Shown: positions 31,935 to 38,661 of the stretch, piece after piece
Position numbering within the stretch: the stretch's first letter is position 1
How the letters are laid out: the number at the start of each line of letters is the position of its first letter
Source: a virus
Taxonomy: Duplodnaviria > Caudoviricetes
Strand: one strand, 5' to 3'
Virus record (IMG/VR): IMGVR_UViG_3300048881_000221
Span: 1 to 38,661 of that record
Length of the DNA stretch: 38,661 nt
Position numbers and translations under genes: made by a program
The notes under the pieces: generated by a model
What the model saw: only the letters and a program-made list of their open reading frames with translations
What the model was told of the DNA's origin: nothing
Database searches by the model: none

Positions 31935-33653
31935 TTAAGCTACTCTAGCTACGATAAGTCTACCGTAAGGCGCGTCGCCCCCGCCCGCATTAGTTATATG
32001 TGGACGTACAATATCACCAGCCTTCAAAGATACTGTATTACTTAAACCACCTGACGCGGTCGAAGTAGCTATACCAGTTTGAAGTAGCTTATCGGCTTGG
32101 TTAATAGTTGTATAGGCAGTACTTAGCTGAGTAGAGTTTAAGCTAAACCCATAAATGTTAGCTGACGAAGTACCCTCAGAGTATCCAAGAGCATATACAC
32201 CGTCTTCGTGTATAGTTATCTCTGTACCATTAGTAGTCTCAGTATCGTCATTATAACTAAAGTCCATACCCGTATACTCTAAAACGGTAGCGAATCTTCT
32301 AATAACTGTATTAGTAGAACCGTAACCATTCGACGTCGTTAACCATAGATAAGAATTAAATTTAACATAATCCGAAGCCCTAACTATATCGCTTGAACTA
32401 TCATTAAAAAATCTACCTACACTTCGCCATGTATGGTATGGGTGGTACAGTCCTTTAAGGTCTTTTCTAAGGTACGGTTTTTGGTCTGATATTATTCTCT
32501 CACCTTTAGTAGAGATATAAGCATAATACTTAGTACTAGAAGCTTCAGATAAGCCACTCTCTAAGTCTGTAGTCATATTCCAAGATAACTTATTAAGGTC
32601 TTGAACTACCTCGCCCCCGTAAACACTTACGCGACTACTGAAGTTTTTACTTGTTACAATTTCTGTAGAGTTTATTTCTAATTCTACATTGTTAAGGTCT
32701 TGAAACGTATTAGTAAAGTCACCAGACCTAGTAGCTATACAGGCCGTATCGTCAAGCGCGATAATACCTATTAACATTCTGTTTATAATTTCGAACTCTG
32801 TACCAGAGTATCTTTTCCAAACTTGATTAGGAATATCAAACCAATACTGACCTGTAGCTGGCCCTGAAGGTGCTTCGAAAGAATATGTAGGCTGAAGATA
32901 ACTAATATCTACCGTAGTACCATTATCCTCAACGAAGACCCACCCTATATTAATTAATGTAAGTGTATCGTTATTAGATAAGTTACCTCTAACAATAGGT
33001 GCTCCAGTATCGTCGAAAAAGAAACCTCTAAAAACATTAGTTATTTTAGTCGCACTCTCTAGGTAGCCGTACATAATCTCACCAGTCGCAGTTTTAAAAC
33101 CTACATACTGACCGATTTTAGCCGTAACCTCGGAACCTAAAGTGTCTATAGTAATCTCTTTAATTACAGCATCTACCTCACCAGCGTAAAGATCATTAAC
33201 CATAGCGGTATCATTTACTAGACAAGTATTATTAGCCGAAGGTGCTAGAGTTAACCCAGTTTTTACAATGTCTGTAGAAACCGTGACCGCGCTTGCATTA
33301 ATAGATAATGTAATATTAGTACTTGCACCAAGTACCGTCATAGTAGCGGCTGTACCGTCAGCATCTAGAAACTGAGGCTGGTCACTGTCTGCTCTAGTAG
33401 CACCACTTACAATACGGTTAGCTACTGAAGTAATCTGACCAGTATCTACTACAGACCCATTCAAGATAAGACTGTTAGCGTGTACTGCGCCCCAAGGTAT
33501 CGCAGCTGTACCCAAAGACTTACCGCTTTCGGGTACACCCGAAGTATTTCTACCTACGAATTGATTAATTACCGCCGCTGTCAGCTCATTAATATGAGAG
33601 GCGTCGATAATCTGGCCATTAGAGTAGGCCGTTTCTAAAGTGTTAGTACCCAT
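31935..33653 (-). CDS. Tail fibre/receptor-binding protein
   Basis: GQIIDASHINE anchor, APSGPATGQYWFD motif, and a C1q-like C-terminus (ITIHEDGVY...LKAGDIV). Confidence 0.75.
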   Translation of the reverse strand: MGTNTLETAYSNGQIIDASHINELTAAVINQFVGRNTSGVPESGKSLGTAAIPWGAVHANSLILNGSVVDTGQITSVANRIVSGATRADSDQPQFLDADGTAATMTVLGASTNITLSINASAVTVSTDIVKTGLTLAPSANNTCLVNDTAMVNDLYAGEVDAVIKEITIDTLGSEVTAKIGQYVGFKTATGEIMYGYLESATKITNVFRGFFFDDTGAPIVRGNLSNNDTLTLINIGWVFVEDNGTTVDISYLQPTYSFEAPSGPATGQYWFDIPNQVWKRYSGTEFEIINRMLIGIIALDDTACIATRSGDFTNTFQDLNNVELEINSTEIVTSKNFSSRVSVYGGEVVQDLNKLSWNMTTDLESGLSEASSTKYYAYISTKGERIISDQKPYLRKDLKGLYHPYHTWRSVGRFFNDSSSDIVRASDYVKFNSYLWLTTSNGYGSTNTVIRRFATVLEYTGMDFSYNDDTETTNGTEITIHEDGVYALGYSEGTSSANIYGFSLNSTQLSTAYTTINQADKLLQTGIATSTASGGLSNTVSLKAGDIVRPHITNAGGGDAPYGRLIVARVA

Positions 33654-33692
33654 AATTTCTACTCCTATTTTTATTAAAGTTTATATTCATAA

Positions 33693-35054
33693 TTACACCC
33701 TGTAAATCATAGTGCCATATAAACCAGCACCGTAAACATTTATAATATCTGGATTTTCTCTATCTGGGTCGAATTGGTAAACAGACTCGCCATATATCGC
33801 AGTACCATATAACGTAGCGATACTAGAAAATAGCCCGTCTGATATAGTCGTACCACGCTGACGTAGTTTAACTACGGTTTTATAATCTTTAGGCTTTTCT
33901 TGAAACCCGATAACCTTAAAGGCTAGTGCGGGCCTAATCTTCATATTACCTTGAATGAAAGGATATACGGCCGTACCATAGCGGCTAACTCCATAGGTAG
34001 GTAAGGTATCTTCGTTAGCTGGTCTAACCCGATATGGGTAGTCAATAGAGACAAGGTCGAAAAGATTAAGCCCTTTAGCTGTTTCTGTAGTCGTTTCTAT
34101 CTCTAATTCTAACTTGGGTACTTTAAATTCTGTAAGTACATTATTACCTACAGTCTCCATTTTGGTATTATCAGAAATGAAACCTAAATCAATCTTTTTC
34201 TGGCGTAAAGAGTAGGTTTCTATATACGTCTGATCACTGACCTCTCTATCGTTCACGACGATAGAGTTAAACATTCTCTGTACACCTGTGTTTAGGTTTC
34301 TAATGTTTAGTATATTTTCTCTACCGAATAAGTCACCATGACCGTAAAACTTAAATACAGAGCCGCTATTTTCTTCTCTAGTACGTACGACCATAGTACT
34401 ATCTTCGATTACCATTACCGAACTACTCGCCACCATAAGCGCGTCTAGCGCAGCTTTCGTAGTCTTATTATCGAACCACGAGCCGTCGTCAATTTCTAAG
34501 TCTAACCCTACAGTAATTTTAGCTGGGTCGTATGTTAGAACACTAGTAATATCTGGTACATTTATTATGGCCCTAATAGCTGTACTGAATAAAGTACCAC
34601 TAGTTATAGTACCACCAGACACCTTAGTTTTCCTAATAACTGAGTCTTGAGATAAGACTTTAAATTTTACTTCGTCTTTTAAAAAGTCTTGTCTAGTACC
34701 GTCCTCATTTATAAGGCCGTTAAAACTAATTAAAATATTACCGTCAGGGTCTAAGAAATTTACTAGTACTTTCGCCTTATCTCGTGAATATTTAAAGATA
34801 CTTCGCCAGTCCATTTCATCATTAAATCGACCATCGAGGTTTAAGGCTTTTATCGTAATACTACCATAAGTGAAAACGCCTATATCATAGTCGCCGTTAT
34901 CTACGTCTTGTTTGATAGTACCGATACCGCCCTCTTTAATATAGTCAGATAGGTCTATATCTTTAGTTACGTCGATCTCGGTACCGTAAGTGTCTTTATC
35001 AACTAACGGGGTAATGAGTACTTGATACTGTCTAATCGGTGTAACTGTAGCCAT
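33693..35054 (-). CDS. Tail tip/hub protein
   Basis: Second gene after TMP; C-terminal YG repeats. Confidence 0.65.
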   Translation of the reverse strand: MATVTPIRQYQVLITPLVDKDTYGTEIDVTKDIDLSDYIKEGGIGTIKQDVDNGDYDIGVFTYGSITIKALNLDGRFNDEMDWRSIFKYSRDKAKVLVNFLDPDGNILISFNGLINEDGTRQDFLKDEVKFKVLSQDSVIRKTKVSGGTITSGTLFSTAIRAIINVPDITSVLTYDPAKITVGLDLEIDDGSWFDNKTTKAALDALMVASSSVMVIEDSTMVVRTREENSGSVFKFYGHGDLFGRENILNIRNLNTGVQRMFNSIVVNDREVSDQTYIETYSLRQKKIDLGFISDNTKMETVGNNVLTEFKVPKLELEIETTTETAKGLNLFDLVSIDYPYRVRPANEDTLPTYGVSRYGTAVYPFIQGNMKIRPALAFKVIGFQEKPKDYKTVVKLRQRGTTISDGLFSSIATLYGTAIYGESVYQFDPDRENPDIINVYGAGLYGTMIYRV

Positions 35055-35893
35055 TATATAACCTCGACGAAAGACGCTGTCGTATTCGCTCCATTTTGAT
35101 AAATACCTTTTTCGTAGTTAGCGCCTAAAGGTCTACTAAGTTGCATATTATACACGTCTCTTAAGCGCCAGCCACGCTGCTCTATAGTGAAATGCTCACT
35201 ACCATAACGACCGCCACATAACCAAACAAGAAAACTATTTTCTCTCTCATGTAGATTATCTACTAAAGTTATATCGGCCTGTACTGGGTAAGTTTTAAAA
35301 TTCATTCTAAACGTCGTTGTTTCATAACCTTTCTGAATAACATTTTTACCAGATAAAGCTTTCGACCCTTTAATATTTCTATTATGCTGTACATTTTGAA
35401 TACGTGGAAAACCAGCGAAAGTACCAAGCTCAGTAGTGGCTATAAACTGCACCATATATTTTTGATCGTCTACGACCTGAGTAGTATCTACTGATATTGT
35501 AATAGAGTTAACTATGACGCTGTCGAATTTATAATAAGACGTGTCTTTATTGTAAGCAGTCTCAGCGATACCGCCTACAAGGTCGCCGTCGAGATTACTG
35601 ACATTAGTAAAGTCTGTACCGCCATTATATTTAATAGTGTACGCTTTAAAGTTATGCTCAATTAGAAGTAGTCTATCTAAAGTCTGAGCAGTCTTAAAGT
35701 TTATGGTGATAGTTTCGGTAATCGTATCATTAGAGCCTATAGATTCCCAACGTGTATACTTGCTAATATCTAACATAAACTTAGCCGCACTATCATTAGT
35801 GCTTGCATTAGCTGTATTACCGTCTCTAAATAACGCTTTATTCTTATCAAAAAACTTAACGCCGCCTGAAATATCTAAAATTTCACAAGTCAT
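35054..35893 (-). CDS. Distal tail protein candidate
   Basis: Immediately after TMP; beta-rich discoidin-like insert (TRWES..., HNFK). Confidence 0.6.
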   Translation of the reverse strand: MTCEILDISGGVKFFDKNKALFRDGNTANASTNDSAAKFMLDISKYTRWESIGSNDTITETITINFKTAQTLDRLLLIEHNFKAYTIKYNGGTDFTNVSNLDGDLVGGIAETAYNKDTSYYKFDSVIVNSITISVDTTQVVDDQKYMVQFIATTELGTFAGFPRIQNVQHNRNIKGSKALSGKNVIQKGYETTTFRMNFKTYPVQADITLVDNLHERENSFLVWLCGGRYGSEHFTIEQRGWRLRDVYNMQLSRPLGANYEKGIYQNGANTTASFVEVI

Positions 35894-35894
35894 A

Positions 35895-38661
35895 TTATGC
35901 CACCCCTATAGCTAGGTCTGTATTTTCTCTCTGTTTAGCTGTGATAAAGTCAGTCGCGTCGTCTTCTATAGCGATCTCTACTACTGACCCTCTAGCGTCG
36001 CCTTCGCCCTCATTAGCTTGAGCGTCTGGTCTACCTACAGACTGTATAAAGTCTGGCGCTAAACCTTTAGGTACTACAAGCTCATTAGGCTCTAGCATCA
36101 TAGGCACTCTATCTCTTGAGCCGCCACCCGCGCTAGGCACAATACCCCCACGCTGAGCCGCATTTACCTGAGCTAACCTTTCGCCACCATAAGCTATTAG
36201 TGCTGCAGCTGCAGCCGCCCCTAATGCTGGCCCTACGAATGGTATACCTGATAATGACGTATATGCTGAGATAGCACCACGAGCAGTATCAATAGCTATC
36301 TGAGCTTGTGCGGCTCGTTTACCAATAGCTTTTAAGGTTTTATTTTTACTATTTTGAAGTTGAGCTAACTGACCAGCCGTATCAGCTACGCCTTGAACCT
36401 CAGATTTATTTAGAAACTGGTTTAATGTAGCTACAGTTTTACCGTGAGCTTGCTCGTCTTTTAAAAATTGGTTTCTTTGTTTTATCTGAGCTTCAGCTTT
36501 TTGCTTCGCCGCTTGCTGCTCTACTTGCTGCTTAGTCATTATCTGATTACGTAAATCTTCTAACTCTTTTTCATTAAGTAAATCTCGCTGCTTTTGACTT
36601 AAAGCATTTAACTCTTCTTGTAACGCGGCTTCTTGCTCGCGTTGTAGAGCTTTTTCTTCTTGCTTCTTAACGAAAAATTCTTGCTCTTCTAATAGAAGCG
36701 CCTCATTTTGAAGCTTTAAATTTTCAAGAGCTAGAGCTTTTTCTTCTTGGTCTTTTATTTTCTCGGCCTCTAGCCCCTCTGCTTTAAGCTCTTGACGTTT
36801 TCTAATAAAGTCTATTTCTTCATTAGATAAATCATTATTCTTAGCCTTAATAAGTTCTTGCTCATTCTTTAAAGTCTGAATACGCTTCGCAGTTTCGGCG
36901 TCTACAGCTTTAGTCTTAGCCTCTTCAGTTTTTTTAACAGTTTCTACTACAGCTTCTTGAGAGTCACCAGCCCCGCCGTCAGCTGGCACAGGTTTAAATG
37001 GTATCTCTACAGGTTTATTACCTGTTAACATTTCTTCAATACCAGCCATAGGGTCAGTACCGTCGTCAGTAGGTCTAGCTAATAGCTTACCTGTACCGAA
37101 GTCCTCTGAAGCTTCTATCTGTTTTTTACGAAGCTCTTCTAGCTTGTCTATACGCTCTTGTATTTGCTGTACAGCCACAGACTGGTTAGGGTCTTTACCT
37201 GTATCTTCAGCAATCTTCTTATTAGCCTCAAGTGCCTTTTTCTGTTTTTCTAAAGCTTTATTAATTTCTTCTAAAGTCTCAGGCTTTTTACTTTCTGATA
37301 ACTTACTAACTAAAAACGCTATACCCCCAGCGACCGCGGCGATACCAGCTACGGCTAACCCTACAGGGCCAGTAAGAGCTACCCAAAAAGCTGTAGCGAT
37401 AGGTGCGGCTATAGCTAATGCACTAGAGATAGCCCCAACGAAAGCCGAAACTTTTACAATGACAAGACCAATAGTACTTAGCGCAGTTACACCAGCTGTA
37501 ATGGCTGCGCCCCACTTAATAAAAGTTACGATATTATCTTTAGTTTCGTCGTCGAGACTATTAAACCCTTTAGCTAAATCAGTAAGGCCCTTAGCTATAT
37601 CGCTAATCAATGGAGCGAAACGCTCACCGAGAGTAATGGCCACAGCCTCGAAAGACCTAGACAATTTAGCCAGTGACTTATCTAATGTTTCTTGCTTAGT
37701 TTTTAGGGCGTCGTTAAATGCAGCTGCTCTAGCTTGCTCGTCGTTTAACTCGCCTAGAATTTTCTTAAATGTACCAGCTTGAGCGCCTGTTAAAGATAGT
37801 GCAGCACTTAAAGCCTCACTACTACCTAAAAGTTTTTGAAGTTGTACGACATTACCACCAGTGGCGGCTTTAACCTCGGTTAACGCTTGTACGATACCTT
37901 TCTGCTCAATATTTTGAAGACTAAGAGCTTGCTGTACCTCAGCTGACTCATTCTTTAATCTACCTTGAGCTAGAATTACCGCATTTAATACGGCCTTAAA
38001 CTCAGTAAAAGCTTGAGCTGTAGGCTTAGCACCATTCGCAGTTAGTGAGGTAGCCGCTGCTAAGGCTTCATTAAAGTTTAAACCTAACTGTCTAGCTAAA
38101 CCACCGACCTTATTAAACTCAGTAGCAAGCTCACCCACGGTAGTTACACCGAATTTCTGAGCTGTAAAGAATTTCTCGGCGATCTCAGTACTTGTACCAG
38201 CCTCTTTACCGTAAGCTGTAATAGCCGCAGTTAACGCCTTAACAGACGTGGCCGTATCAGTCGCACCAGCTGTAGCTAAATTAACCGCGTCGGCTAATGC
38301 ACTTGTCGCCTCTTCAGCTGGTACACCAGCCGAGATAAGATCGAAAAGCGCCTGATTTAATGTATCGAAACTTTCGCCAGAGTCAGCCCCTAACTTTAGT
38401 ACGTCATTTCTTAAATCACTTATACCTTTAGATAATGTCTTAGTAGAAAAACTTGATTTATCTAGGAGAGTCTGCACGTTAGTAAAAGACTTCTCGAAAC
38501 TAGAAAACTTAGTAACTGCGACCCCTACGGCCGTAGCTAGACCAGCGAAAGCCGCGGCCGATATTTTTGCTGTACTCGCTAAACCCTTTTCGAAAGACTT
38601 AGTTTTACCTTGCAGCCTTTTTAACTCTTTATCGAACTCGTTAGCTTTAGCGCCGATACGA
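35895..38661 (-). CDS. Tail tape measure protein (TP901-type core); true start at 147 across the junction, ~928 aa
   Basis: LFDLISAG, AQKFGVTTVGELA, Ala/Leu helical repeats, central hydrophobic stretch and coiled coil. Confidence 0.93.
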   Translation of the reverse strand, partial: RIGAKANEFDKELKRLQGKTKSFEKGLASTAKISAAAFAGLATAVGVAVTKFSSFEKSFTNVQTLLDKSSFSTKTLSKGISDLRNDVLKLGADSGESFDTLNQALFDLISAGVPAEEATSALADAVNLATAGATDTATSVKALTAAITAYGKEAGTSTEIAEKFFTAQKFGVTTVGELATEFNKVGGLARQLGLNFNEALAAATSLTANGAKPTAQAFTEFKAVLNAVILAQGRLKNESAEVQQALSLQNIEQKGIVQALTEVKAATGGNVVQLQKLLGSSEALSAALSLTGAQAGTFKKILGELNDEQARAAAFNDALKTKQETLDKSLAKLSRSFEAVAITLGERFAPLISDIAKGLTDLAKGFNSLDDETKDNIVTFIKWGAAITAGVTALSTIGLVIVKVSAFVGAISSALAIAAPIATAFWVALTGPVGLAVAGIAAVAGGIAFLVSKLSESKKPETLEEINKALEKQKKALEANKKIAEDTGKDPNQSVAVQQIQERIDKLEELRKKQIEASEDFGTGKLLARPTDDGTDPMAGIEEMLTGNKPVEIPFKPVPADGGAGDSQEAVVETVKKTEEAKTKAVDAETAKRIQTLKNEQELIKAKNNDLSNEEIDFIRKRQELKAEGLEAEKIKDQEEKALALENLKLQNEALLLEEQEFFVKKQEEKALQREQEAALQEELNALSQKQRDLLNEKELEDLRNQIMTKQQVEQQAAKQKAEAQIKQRNQFLKDEQAHGKTVATLNQFLNKSEVQGVADTAGQLAQLQNSKNKTLKAIGKRAAQAQIAIDTARGAISAYTSLSGIPFVGPALGAAAAAALIAYGGERLAQVNAAQRGGIVPSAGGGSRDRVPMMLEPNELVVPKGLAPDFIQSVGRPDAQANEGEGDARGSVVEIAIEDDATDFITAKQRENTDLAIGVA
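38535..38661. repeat. Terminal direct repeat, right copy
   Basis: Identical to 1-127. Confidence 0.97.

Noticed and set aside
31935-33653. Diversity-generating retroelement or invertible tail-fibre cassette
   Set aside because: No reverse transcriptase, invertase or duplicated template repeat was seen.
1476-37782. Antisense ORFs in the track (e.g. 1476-1790, 5749-6015, 11400-11699, 13467-13724, 23377-23601, 37144-37782)
   Set aside because: They are shadows of well-supported genes on the opposite strand, with no RBS or motif support.
1-38661. Stop-codon reassignment
   Set aside because: Coding density is high under code 11, and TAG/TGA stops fall at natural gene ends.

Overview
The window is a complete, circular ~38.5 kb AT-rich dsDNA phage genome. 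Bases 1-127 equal 38535-38661, an assembly overlap, and the tape measure gene runs through the join. The head module is Mu/D3112-like (TerS, TerL, portal fused to MuF, Mu-I protease with internal scaffold, DUF2190-like decoration, gpT capsid). The tail is siphovirus-type (no sheath, G/GT -1 frameshift chaperone, ~928-aa tape measure). The replication set is AEP primase-VirE helicase, PolA with Leu762, SNF2 helicase, DEDDh exonuclease and VRR-NUC. I found no integrase, transposase, CI-type repressor, methyltransferase, tRNA or CRISPR array. The most striking unexplained signal is a candidate ~85-nt small RNA at 18491-18575. Its loop (GUAGUACCCCUAC) is complementary, over 9-13 nt with only G-U wobbles, to the ribosome-binding sites of the first genes of all four predicted early/replication transcripts, plus several others. 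This suggests an RNA-based master repressor in a phage lacking a CI protein. Other signals are a shared TGTT(A/T)AACA operator at terS, terL and an antisense RHH gene, apparently leaderless terminase mRNAs, a rod-like RNA between terS and terL, an H-type pseudoknot upstream of polA, an iteron origin, and apparent total absence of CCGG. Protein calls rest on motifs and synteny read by eye; no searches or folding were run.
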